Source: Macrostomum lignano
Lineage: Eukaryota
Reading direction: 5' to 3'
Length of the DNA stretch: 64,000 nucleotides
NCBI GenBank assembly: GCA_002269645.1
Contig: NIVC01000538.1
Location: 186,001 to 250,000, forward strand
In this document: in pieces, positions 1 to 11,610 of the stretch
Layout: each line of letters opens with the position of its first letter
How positions within the stretch are numbered: the first letter of the stretch is position 1
Notes under the pieces: model-generated
The model's input: only the letters and a program-made list of their open reading frames with translations
What the model was told of the DNA's origin: nothing
Database searches by the model: none
Made by a program: the position numbers and the translations under genes

Positions 1-3000
1 CCTGATGATGCTGATAGTGCCCGGAAAATGCTGAGTAGGTGGCGGAGAAGTCATGCGGCATGGCGGCAGCGGAGACCGGGTACTGCAGGTGGGCGTGCCC
101 GGTGTTGTAGGGAAGGTGTTGCTGCTGCTGCAGCGGCGGCTGCTGGGGCTGGTGGTACAGCTGATGCGGCTGCGGCTGCTGCAGCTCGGGACTGGAGTAC
201 TCAGCTCCGCAGCCAGCGCTGCCTCCGTCCGCTGAGTCGCCACCCATCAGACGGCACCTGCCGGCGTAGGCGGCTGCAGCGGCGGCTGCGGCGGCAGCTG
301 CTGCCTGCAGTTCTACGGACTTGTCCGCCTGCTGGCGCTTGACCTTGTAGCGCCGGTTCTGGAACCAGATTTTCACCTGCGGGGGTGGCCGGACGGCATG
401 ATTGATTGATCGATAGATTAGTCCCAATCTTCGCAAACGGTTAAATCAAATATTAATAGAATATTTTTCAATCCTTCGCAGAGCCAGTTCTTGTCAAATA
501 TTTGCTCTTTTCTTGGCAAACGGCGACAAAAAGATAATGACTTCGAGAGGGCAGGCTTGAAACCTTAAACGGCACCGCCCACCCCACCGAACCGGAGGGG
601 ATCGTATTAAACGATCTGGGAAGGGCGGTGAGCAAATAAAATCCTCAAGTGGCTCTCTCTATCGGCCTGGATAATTAAGAAGGAGGAGGAGGCGTAAGAG
701 CGCCCCCGCCAAAGGTGGTGCCTGGGGCTGGGCAAGTCTGGGTGGGTGTTCCGGTGTGGAAGCTCGATTCTTCCCATGCAGACATCGATCCCGGATCGGC
801 TTACGCAACCGGCTGCATTGGGCGGTAGCTGCTGATCTCTCTGGTTTCACTCCCGCTGCGAGGGAGAAGCTGCGCACAGGCGCACAATGCTTGCGAAGAG
901 GCGCAACACGAGGCTTCCGCGAAATGACGGAGGACGTTTCAAGACATAGTCTGGTCTGAGGGACCCACCACCTGACTTCCGGGTCACTGATGGCCTCAAT
1001 GAAATCGGTTTTGTGCAAAATTATGATTGATTCATTAATAGTTTTGCAGCTGGTTGTAACTTTTCTTTAGCAGAAATACTCCGGTTTTGGGAAGCTTGCC
1101 TTTCAGATAAATAATTCTAATATATAGAGTCATAAATATTGATTTCCCAGGAAAGTTACACCCCATGGGAAGAGGCCAACCTTTTGACAAGCATTAAATA
1201 TGATAAATATTTAGACAACCGCGGGGCTAAATAGCTACCCGAGACTGCCAGCCATGCGCTTTTGTGAATAAATGATTACAGGAAATATGCTGGGAGAGCC
1301 TCGCTTTGACTGCACACCTATCTGCCTGTGGCATCGCGGAACCACTGAGTCTCACTCAAGCAACAATAATAGCAGTGTAATGTAATAATAAAGAGTAGAG
1401 AGAGAGACCACAACAAAGACTATAGGAAGCCGAACTTTGCTGACCTTGTCAAGCAATTGTGTTATAAGTCTGGCCTGAGCCAACCAATTTATCAACAGGT
1501 CAAATCGTACTATAAATACAAGATCGCAAAAGATCCCGGGTGTGCGCCCTTATCAGCTCAGATCTGCATTTCATTGGATCCGTATGGGCGGTGGCAGTTG
1601 TTTTTTGTCCCGTTATAAGCGCATTGAACTGTGCAGACCTGTCAGAGTCAGAGAGGCGCGGTTTCACTGTTTGCCTCATTCATTCACGGTCCCCTGCTCC
1701 TCTCCTCAGCTCCTCGCATGCGCGACCGAATTCAATTGGAATACTAAATGTAAAAGAGCTGTAGAGCCTGTTTGCCTTCTGTGCTTATCACTGCGGAGTC
1801 ATCGATGGGGGGGGGGCGTGCAAGAGACGAGAGTGGGAGGTTAGGAGACTGAAGGAGCCTTCTCTCAACGGAATTTCTCCGCAAATTTCAAGGTTAGATA
1901 TGTTCGTAAAATTAATTGTTCTTATTCTAATAGAGTTTGAGGTAAATTGAGGAAAACAGACAGTTCAGAAACCGTTGGAAACTATTGGAAACTGTTGGAA
2001 ACTGTTGGAAACTGTTGGAAACTGTTGGAAACTGTTGGAAACTGTTGGAAACTGTTGGAAACTGTTGGAAACTGTTGGAAACTGTTGGAAACTATTGGAA
2101 ACTGTTGGAAACTGTTAAAAACTGTTGGAAACTGTTGGAAACTGTTGGAAACTGTTGGAAACTGTTGGAAACTGTTGGAAACTGTTGGAAACTGTTGGAA
2201 ACTATTGGAAACTGTTGGAAACTGTTAAAAACTGTTGGAAACTGTTGGAAACTGCTGGAAACTGTTGGAAACTGTTGGAAACTGTTGGAAACTGTTGGAA
2301 ACTGTTAAAAACTGCTGGAAACTGTTAGAAACTGTTGGAAACTATTGGAAACTGTTGGAAACTGTTAAAAACTGTTGGAAACTGTTGGAAACTGCTGGAA
2401 ACTGTTGGAAACTGTTGGAAAATAGTATTGGAAACTGTTGGAAACTGTTGGAAACTGTTAAAAACTGTTGGAAACTGTTGGAAACTATTGGAAACTGTTG
2501 GAAACTGCTGGAAACTGTTGGAAACTGGTGGAAAATAGTATTGGAAACTGTTGGAGACTGTTGGAAACTTTTGGAAACTGTTGGAAAATAGTATTGGAAA
2601 CTGTTGGAACCCGTTGGAAACTGCTGCAAATCAATCCATAAAAACATTTGCTCACCTGCTGCGGTGTCATTTTGAGCAGTCCAGCCAGCTGCTCCCGCTC
2701 CGGCGCGCTCAGGTAGCGCTGCTGCCGAAAGCGCCGCTCCAACTCGAACACCTGAGCCTGCGAGAACAAAATTCTCGGCTTCCGTTTCGACCGCTGGCTG
2801 CGCAGGGCGCACGGCGGTGATGAGGAGGCCGTGCCAGACTCCCGGTCCGCCTCGTCTCCATCGGTTGCCTCAGCAACCGAAGTTGGATGGGGCTGCCCTG
2901 CTGGAGAGCGGTTTTAGGGAACTGGAGTCTTGGAGATCAGTCTCCTCTGCTGTCTCACACCTTGCCTCAGTCACTCTCTCTTTCTGTCTCACACCTTGCC

Positions 3001-4259
3001 TCAGTCACTCTCTCTTGCTGTCTCACACCTTGCCTCAGTCACTCTCTCTTTCTGTCTCACACCTTGCCTCAGTCACTCTCTCTTTCTGTCTCACACCTTG
3101 CCTCAGTCACTCTCTCTTTCTGTCTCACACCTTGCCTCAGTCACTCTCTCTTTCTGTCTCACACCTTGCCTCAGTCACTCTCTCTTGCTGTCTCACACCT
3201 TGCCTCAGTCACTCTCTCTTGCTGTCTCACACCTTGCCTCAGTCACTCTCTCTTGCTGTCTCACACCTTGCCTCAGTCACTCTCTCTTTCTGTCTCACAC
3301 CTTGCCTCAGTCACTCTCTCTTTCTGTCTCACACCTTGCCTCAGTCACTCTCTCTTTCTGTCTCACACCTTGCCTCAGTCACTCTCTCTTGCTGTCTCAC
3401 ACCTTGCCTCAGTCACTCTCTCTTGCTGTCTCACACCTTGCCTCAGTCACTCTCTCTTGCTGTCTCACACCTTGCCTCAGTCACTCTCTCTTTCTGTCTC
3501 ACACCTTGCCTCAGTCACTCTCTCTTGCTGTCTCACACCTTGCCTCAGTCACTCTCTCTTGCTGTCTCACACCTCGCCTCAGTCACTCTTGCTGTCTCAC
3601 ACCTTGCCTCAGTCACTCTCTCTTGCTGTCTCACACCTTGCCTCAGTCACTCTCTCTTGCTGTCTCACACCTTGCCTCAGTCACTCTCTCTTGCTGTCTC
3701 ACACCTTGCCTCAGTCACTCTCTCTTGCTGTCTCACACCTTGCCTCAGTCACTCTTGCTGTCTCACACCTTGCCTCAGTCACTCTTGCTGTCTCACACCT
3801 TGCCTCAGTCACTCTTGCTGTCTCACACCTTGCCTCAGTCACTCTCTCTTGCGGTTTTACAATCTCAAGAAACTGGAGTTGAGTCACAGGAGCAGTTGAA
3901 TTCCCAGGTCGCCGCTCACCTCCGGCAAAATCCGGCAGCTCGCCTGGCTGCAGATGATCCGACGAGGCCGCCTGCTGCCTCCAGCAGTTCCACACCATGG
4001 CGCCATGCGGCGTCTGCGGCGGCGGCTGCTGATGCGGCTGATGCGGCAGCTGTGTCTGCGGTTCCACAGGCGGGTTCTGATGACCAGCAACCGCTGTGTA
4101 GAACTCCTGCTGCTGCTGCTGCTGCTGTTGTTGCTCCTGTTGCTGCTGCTGCTGCTGCTGCTGCAGATCTGCCGGCTCTGACTTGAAATAGTATGGCTGG
4201 CAGAAGGCGGCGGCGGCAGCAGCTGCGGCGGCGGCCCTATGGTAGTGCTCGGTCAGCAT
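1..4259 (-). CDS. NK4: NK4/tinman (Nkx2.3/2.5/2.6-class) homeobox transcription factor, 3 exons, C-terminus runs off window
   Basis: Exons 4259-3920 (ATG; GTGAG donor, phase 1), 2900-2656 (CAG acceptor, NAGNAG; GTGAG donor, phase 0) and 376-<1. The spliced homeodomain reads [44 protein letters not shown]|[23 protein letters not shown]. Tyr54 marks the NK2 class. RKPR.LFSQAQV and the post-domain KRQ..DKS.EL match Nkx2.3/2.5/2.6 and tinman. The intron lies between homeodomain codons 44 and 45. Confidence 0.88.
1975..2610. repeat. 10-bp minisatellite (GAAACTGTTG)n in NK intron 2
   Basis: About 60 visible tandem copies with point variants; explains the [10 protein letters not shown] ORFs. Confidence 0.97.
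2941..3850. repeat. 29-33-bp minisatellite (CTGTCTCACACCTTGCCTCAGTCACTCTCTCTT)n filling NK intron 1
   Basis: Near-perfect tandem array occupying about 90% of intron 2901-3919. Confidence 0.97.
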
Positions 4260-4279
4260 CGCAGACACGGGCTTCGAGT

Positions 4280-4700
4280 GCGCCTATAAGCGGGATTTGC
4301 GCAGGGACGGCCGGAGGCACTTCACTTTCTCAAGAGGAAATCCTCCAGGAACTGACACAGCTGGTATAATCCGCTTGATTGACTTTTCAAAGGTCGCAAA
4401 GATTTGACAGGTTATCGAGTCGAGTGAGTGGATTGTATTCAATCGCTCTTAAGTCTTTATAAGCCTTGCACAGAGGCGGGCGGGCGAGCTCGGGAGTCTG
4501 TAGGATTTGTTTTAGAGGGACTCGAATCCAACCAGTCAGGCCCAGCCGATGGGTAAACAATCGGGGATCTGGGACGGGGGCGGGCGGTTTCGAGGGAAAA
4601 CTCCCGATGCTTCCACGGGGCGGCGGGGAGGCCCGCCTGACTGGCCACGGCTCTCCCAGCCCCCATTGGCTCAGAGGGTGCAACCAACCCACCCTCCTCC
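4280..4700 (-). promoter_or_regulatory. Candidate NK4 proximal promoter
   Basis: GC-rich non-repetitive segment just upstream of the ATG, with GC boxes (GGGCGGG), a CCAAT-like CCATTGG and a TGAAGTG NK2-type site at 4318-4324. No transcript evidence. Confidence 0.3.
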
Positions 4701-4796
4701 CAGGCTTTTCCGGGAATTCAATCAACCCGATTCCATTGATGAAAACTCGGTGTCCGTGATGGTCCCCTCCGATTGCGCGAATGAAGATGAATGAGT

Positions 4797-5500
4797 GAAG
4801 ATACCCATCTTGTATCTATGAAGATACCCATCTTGTACCTATGAAGATACCCATCTTGTACCTATGAAGATACCCATCTTGTACCTATGAAGATACCCAT
4901 CTTGTACCTATGAAGATACCCATCTTGTACCTATGAAGATACCCATCTTGTACCTATGAAGATACCCATCTTGTACCTATGAAGATACCCATCTTGTACC
5001 TATGAAGATACCCATCTTGTACCTATGAAGATACCCATCTTGTACCTATGAAGATACCCATCTTGTACCCATGAAGATACCCATCTTGTACCTATGAAGA
5101 TACCCATCTTGTACCCATGAAGATTCCCATCTTGTACCTATGAAGATACCCATCTTGTACCTATGAAGATACCCATCTTGTACCTATGAAGATACCCATC
5201 TTGTACCTATGAAGATACCAATCTTGTACCTATGAAGATACCCATCTTGTACCTATGAAGATACCCGCTCTGAACCCATGAAGATACTCGCTCTGAAACC
5301 ATGAAGATACCCATCTTGTACCCATGAAGATACCCATCTTGTACCTATGAAGATACCCATCTTTTACCCATGAAGATACCCATCCTGTACCTATGAAGAT
5401 ATCCGCTCTGAACCGATGAAGATACTCGCTTTGAACCCATGAAGATACCCGCTTTGAACCCATGAAGATACCCGCTCAAAACCCATGAAGATACCCGCTC
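4797..5500. repeat. 23-bp minisatellite (ATGAAGATACCCATCTTGTACCT)n
   Basis: About 30 tandem copies, degenerating at the right end. Confidence 0.96.
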
Positions 5501-6099
5501 AAAACCCATTTTCCTGTCACAGAATATCCCTGCAATCATAGTCTTCCTTCAATCAATCTTTGTTCAAACAAGATAATCTTGTCGGCGCTAATCCGCTAAT
5601 CGGGGGGGGGGGGCTTTGTCCACTTCTAACTCAGATAAAGTCAGCTTTTCTTCATCGATTCCCCCATGCCCAGCTAAATGATGGATAATTTAGGGCGGTT
5701 ATGCTTGCAGTTTAGGGTGAGTAAACAATTCTTGGCATGAAAAATCTGGGATAAATTAAGCTTGCAATCTTCGTTTTTTCAGGTAGCGGCAGGTGCCCCG
5801 TGGCGCCGCTGTGTCTGCTAAAACGATAAACTAAACTATTGGATCTGTCTCCCCATCTCCGCGTGCAGATATCCCCATCACAATGGCATGCCAATGTCGT
5901 GTTCCACCACCTTTCTCTGTCTTCACGAAGGCCTCCCAAAACTGATTGGGAAATCTTTGACTTTGAAAACTTTCTCCATGCATGGCAAAGAATTTTCATA
6001 GAGTTTGCGTTCAGGAAGCTGAGATGATGGACAGTCTGAATGGCGGCACCAGGGAATGGGATCTGGTACCTGGAATGGGAACTATTTGCCAAGACCTCG

Positions 6100-6400
6100 T
6101 CTATGATCCCATCCTTGATCCCATCCTTGATTCCATCCTTGATCTCATCCACGATCCCATCTTTGATCCCATCCTTGATCCCATCCATGATCTCATCCTT
6201 GATCCATCCTTGATCCCATCCATGATCCCATCCATGATCCCATCTTTGATCTCATCCTTGATCCCATCCTTGATCCCATCCTTGATCCCATCCTTGATCC
6301 CATCCTTGATCCCATCCTTGATCCCATCCTTGATCCTATCCTATCCTTGATAGTATCCATAATCTCATCCTTGATCCCATCCATGATCCATCTTACAATC
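6100..6400. repeat. 12-bp minisatellite (GATCCCATCCTT)n
   Basis: Tandem copies visible; produces the SLIP/MGSR ORFs. Confidence 0.93.
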
Positions 6401-7046
6401 CAATCAATGAGCATCCATGATCCCACACTTGATGCTACTCATGATTTCATCCATAATCCCATCCACCATTCCAGAAGCAATGGTGATATTTCAGCATCCA
6501 TAAACAGGCCTCGGCAAGCACCACAGTTTCTCTTTCCAGACGCTCTTATTCAGAGCTCCTTGGCTGCACCAGCCCAAATCAATGTAGCCAAATATTTAAT
6601 TAATCCCGACTGTAATTATGCCAGCTATTTTAAGGCAGTAATAAAATTGGCCAATCAATTAAAAATATTCGATGGATGGCGGCGAACTTTTCTCTCTGAA
6701 AAGGCGTTTTTCAGCCGGCTTCACTTCCCCGTCTCCTTGGCAACCAGAAGCCGAAAGGCAAAAGTCAGCAAATTTCAATAATTTCGGTTGCAGCCGAATG
6801 AAAAGTCGGCTGGCCTCACAAGTGGCGCTCTTGAAGACAAGCCAGAACACTTCTGCTTGCCTTCTGCTCCTGCAGAATCTGCATATGGCTATTTATTTAT
6901 TGAACTCTTTGCGCAGGGTAAATGTTTGCAAAAAAATTAATTTACATTTTTTGAATAAAGCTTAAACAGATACAAATGTGTTTCGTTAAAAAGGTTACCT
7001 GGATACAAAATACCCGTTCTTTGCGGCAATCATTTTCTACGAACTC

Positions 7047-7337
7047 ATCCGGTAAGGGAGTGCCATCATCCGGTAAGGGAGTGCCATCATCCGTTAAGGG
7101 AGTGCCATCATCCGGTAAGGGAGTGCCATCATCCGGTAAGGGAGTGCCATCATCCGGTAAGGGAGTGCCATCATCCGGTAAGGGAGTGCCATCATCCGGT
7201 AAGGGAGTGCCATCATCCGGTAAGGGAGTGCCATCATCCGGTAAGGGAGTGCCATCATCCGGTAAGGGAGTGCTATCATCCGGTAAGGGAGTGCCATCAT
7301 CCGGTAAGGGAGTGCCATCATCCGGTAAGGGAGTGCC
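7047..7337. repeat. 21-bp minisatellite (CATCCGGTAAGGGAGTGCCAT)n
   Basis: About 14 near-perfect copies. Confidence 0.96.
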
Positions 7338-8499
7338 ATATATGCTTGTAATTGCGCCTTACGCCTTACGCCTCACAGAAATCATCTTTAAGAAAACCCA
7401 GAAACCTCTTGGTCAGAAGGAGCAGCAATAACAGAGGCACAAATTGCCTCTATTAACCTGTTTAAACCTGCCGACCCAGTGGACCAGGCGTTCTGTCATC
7501 AGTCCGCTACACGCACAGTTGCAGCGGCTGAAGTGGCACAATGCCAGTCTGAAAGCGAGTGGACATTCATTCGGCAAAGCTCAATTCATCATTTAATTTA
7601 TGATCAGGACATGCGCTGGACTGGACAGACACACTGGCAGACAGGCAGACAGGCAGGCAGGCAGACAGGCTACAGATGGACGGAGATCCGAGAAATGCGG
7701 TGGAGCAGCCACCATCAGTCGCGGTTCTACGCGTCTCTTGATTGCCCCCTGCCCCCCGGTGCAACTGTTTACGTCAGGTGTCGCCTATTTGTGCCAACTG
7801 CCCTCCCCCTCCGGTGCGGCTCCCGGATCCGCATTCCCCCCGTTCCGTTTCCCATGCAGTGCGAGAATTAATTTTGATCTGCGCAATTCAAGCCAGCCAG
7901 CCAGTCAGTTGCAGCCGGTCATGTGTCTGCAGTAAATTCGCCAGCTATGAGCTCATGCCCTATACTTCAATTACGCGGCCAACCATATTCAACATTGAAG
8001 ACGATTGTCTATGGCCAAAACCGTTTATGGGGAGAGCAGTTGAATTTGACTGCTCTGTGCCTTGAATTCAATGCTCTCTGTCTGCGTCATAGACGGTGTT
8101 TTGACCATAGACAAAATTAGAAACATTGCTCAGATATAATACGAATACATATTTATGTATAAATATTTTAACAGAAAAACTGTTGGCGATTATCAAATAT
8201 TCCAGGAATGCAAATTTTAGTGAAAATATTTTCTTTTTTTCATGTTTAAAACCAGTCTGACGAATTCCTTAACAATATTCTGCGGCAGTATCAGGGTGTG
8301 AAAATATTTCTGTAGCACTGGACCCAGCCTCCGCTGTGATGAAGTTAATTTGTGAACTCTGAAATATTTATTTTGATATTTATTTACGAGCTCGTACTTT
8401 AGAGTGAAATCCTAATTGCCAGAACCCTGAAAACTCTTTAACCTTATCTTAAATTGGGTTACTGAAATAATGTCTGATTGACAGTGTGGACTTCTTTGA

Positions 8500-8885
8500 G
8501 AGTCTGGCAGATAGACTTTAGATACACGGGTAGACTGGCAGATAGACGGTTGATAAACGGGTAGACTGGCAGATAGACTTTAGATACACGGGTAGACTGG
8601 CAGATAGACGGTTGATACACGGGTAGACTGGCAGATAGACGGTAGATACGCGGGTAGACTGGCAGATAGACGGTAGATACACGGGTAGAATGGCAGATAG
8701 ACTGCAGATACATGGGTAGACTGGCAAATAGACGGTAGATACACGGGTAGACTGGCAGATAGACTGCAGATACATGGGTAGACTGGCAGATAGACTGCAG
8801 ATACATGGGTAGACTGGCAGATAAACGGTTGATACACGGGTAGACTGGCAGATAGACTGCAGATACACGGGTAGACTGGCAAATA
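8500..8885. repeat. ~31-bp minisatellite (GATACACGGGTAGACTGGCAGATAGACTGCA)n
   Basis: About 12 tandem copies with variants. Confidence 0.94.
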
Positions 8886-9894
8886 AAAGGTAGTTAAAAG
8901 CAAGCTGGGCAGGCCCGGAGGCTGAGGGCGCAGGCTGGATGCTTCATCTGGCGTATCATAACAATCATAACATACTTTTCCTAGCTACATATCTTTTTTC
9001 CACAAACATCTCCATTGGCCCATCAAGCTGGTCCCCGCCAGCATCTGCCGTGTAAACAGGCCAGCGAATGCTTTGCTATTGAGGCCCTGACGGGTCAGTT
9101 TATTGGGTAGCTTAAATAAACTTTCCAGATTCCCAGAATCCTCAGCCAGGGTGCAGCAACGGCCGGTGGCTCAAGTGGCCAACCGCCTGTCTGCGAAAGA
9201 AGCTCCTTTAGCCGGCCCCTGCAACCAGCTGCTGGCTGTCACACACCGGGAGCGGCTCCCCATATTTTTATACAAACAATAATTCCAATGGGAGCTGCTG
9301 GAACACTAATAACTCCACTGGATTGTCTGTTGCTTGGAGTTTAAAGAGACTTTTTTCGTGTTTGCCTTGTCAGTTGTTTCCGGGGGGGGGGGGGAGGGCG
9401 GCGGTGGCCCCTCATCATTAACCTGCTGGGGTTGGCGGCGGCGGTCCGCAGTATCTGACCAATGTCTGGCAGGGATTTCCATAGCAGATATTTCTAAAAA
9501 AATCCGATCAAGGCAAAAAATCAAAGCTGATATTTAAATAACCTCCCCCCCCTGCGGTTGTGCAACTCGAGTGCCTTCTGCTTTCGCCGCTCTTCTAGGA
9601 GAGGAGCTGGAATGAGAATTTTTTAAACAAGAAAACAATTGACAAAGCAAATCCTCTGCCCCGGAGACTGAGCTAATTGACTCGACAGCAACCAAAGTGA
9701 AAGTGGCGCCCTACTGGGACTCGATTAGCGTCACCTGACTGCGGGGTGTCTCGGTTGTCAAGGGGTCCAGTCTTTATTCTCTACTGACCGCGCCTTTGAC
9801 TGCCGCCATAGAGCGATGCTCACACAAAAGAGCCTCAGGGTGTTAATATTGACTGCATAAGTTTTAGCTGGTGTCTCGGCACTGAGCATGCCTT

Positions 9895-10150
9895 TTTTCT
9901 ATGGGTGTACTTCTCCATGAGTGTACTTCTCTATGGATGTACTTCTATGGGAGTGTACTTATCTATGAGTGTACTTATCTATGAGTGTACTTCTCTATGG
10001 GTGTACTTCTCTATGATTGTACTTCTCTATGGGTGTACTTCTCTATGAGTGTACTTCTCTATGGGTGTACTTCTATGGGAGGGTACTTATCTATGAGTGT
10101 ACTTCTATGTGAGTGTACTTCCCATGAATGTACTTCTATATGGGTGTATT
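9895..10150. repeat. Degenerate 16-18-bp minisatellite (GTGTACTTCTCTATGG/A)n
   Basis: Recurring GTACTT...TATG units. Confidence 0.85.
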
Positions 10151-11070
10151 TCTCTTCTCAATCGGTGTATTTCTTGATTAGTGTACTTCTCACTGATTCG
10201 ATCTACATATCTCAGGGTGGCATCTCAACCCTTTTGTCAGTGAGTAGGCGGTGACTGACACCAGTGTTGTGAAGTTAGGAAATCAACAAATAAATTAATA
10301 AAGTCTACTTTGCTTTCGCATTTTTTTGGAATGTGTCAGAGTGAGCCGCTCAGCAGGCACGTAAAATATAACCGTTCAAGAAGTGACAAATAGTATATTT
10401 TTTAATTTAAATAATATAACTTTCCAAGAAGAGGAACTCACAAAAATTAGTAAACAATATTTAATTACAATTTAATACACAGAGGGAATTGGCCAGCAAA
10501 AAATAGAATTTATTAATTAATTATTTATTTGTGAGTTGACGGATTTGCTTTGACACAAATGTTTAATACAATTTTTAAAATGTATCACAAATATTATTTA
10601 TGCATGTAGGCACGTGTACTACCCTAAATTTAAGTTAAAATTTAATAAAATTAAATTTTATTAGTACTATATAAAAACTTCAACTTTTTACAAATATTAG
10701 TGTTTTAAACTAATTTCTTTAGTTTATAAGTCTAAAATTGTAACAAAAATGTTTGAAAATCAAAAAATAACATTTCTACTGGAAACTCTTGCAAGTCATC
10801 TGTTTCTACTAAGAGTAGCAAAACAGGAAAGCGTCAGGAAAAAATAATTGGAGGTTATACGGGGTTCAACCAATTCGATTTGTCATACTTGATATACATG
10901 TAGTTATTAATTAATTTTGATATAGCATTTAAAAAACATAAGAATGTAGAAGGAACGTAATGTACTCGTAAATGTAAAGTCAAAATTAAAAAAATGTTTA
11001 TTAACTGTACTAAAATTCTAATAAATTAATGATTTTAATCCTGGGGCTTTAAAAAGCTTAGGAAATTTTG

Positions 11071-11570
11071 AGATGTATCTCAAATTTAGAAATGGCATCT
11101 CAAATTTTGAAATGGCATCTCAAATTTTGAAATGGCATCTCAAATTTAGAAATGACATATCAAATTTAGAAATGGCATCTCAAATTTAGAAATGGCATCT
11201 CAAATTTAGAAATGACATCTCAAATTTAGAAATGGCATCTCAAATTTAGAAATGGCATATCAAATTTAGAAATGACATATCAAATTTAGAAATGGCATCT
11301 CAAATTTAGAAATGGCATCTCAAATTTAGAAATGACATATCAAATTTAGAAATGGCATCTCAAATTTAGAAACGGCATCTCAAATTTAGAAATGACATCT
11401 CAAATTTAGAAATGGCATCTCAAATTCGGAAATGGCATCTCAAATTCGGAAATGGCATCTCAAATTTGGAAATGGCATCTCATATTTAGAAATGGCGTCT
11501 CAAATTAGAATATGGCATCTCAAATTCGGAAATGGCATCGCAAATTAGAAAATGGCATCTCAAACATGGA
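11071..11570. repeat. 20-bp minisatellite (CTCAAATTTAGAAATGGCAT)n immediately downstream of the NPHP4 stop
   Basis: About 25 copies; the unit contains the near-palindrome TCT(C)AAATTTAGA. Confidence 0.96.
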
Positions 11571-11610
11571 AACAGAATCTTCATAAATGTATCCTAAAAT
11601 GACAGGGTGC

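Noticed and set aside
1947-4186. Long ORFs (up to 418 aa) of [10 protein letters not shown] or [10 protein letters not shown] repeats
   Set aside because: They are translations of intronic minisatellites on the strand opposite the NK gene.
6976-7431. 151-aa ORF with (GKGVPSS)n, superficially an elastomeric protein
   Set aside because: A 21-bp unit keeps frames open by construction; the flanks are AT-rich with no coding bias or splice support.
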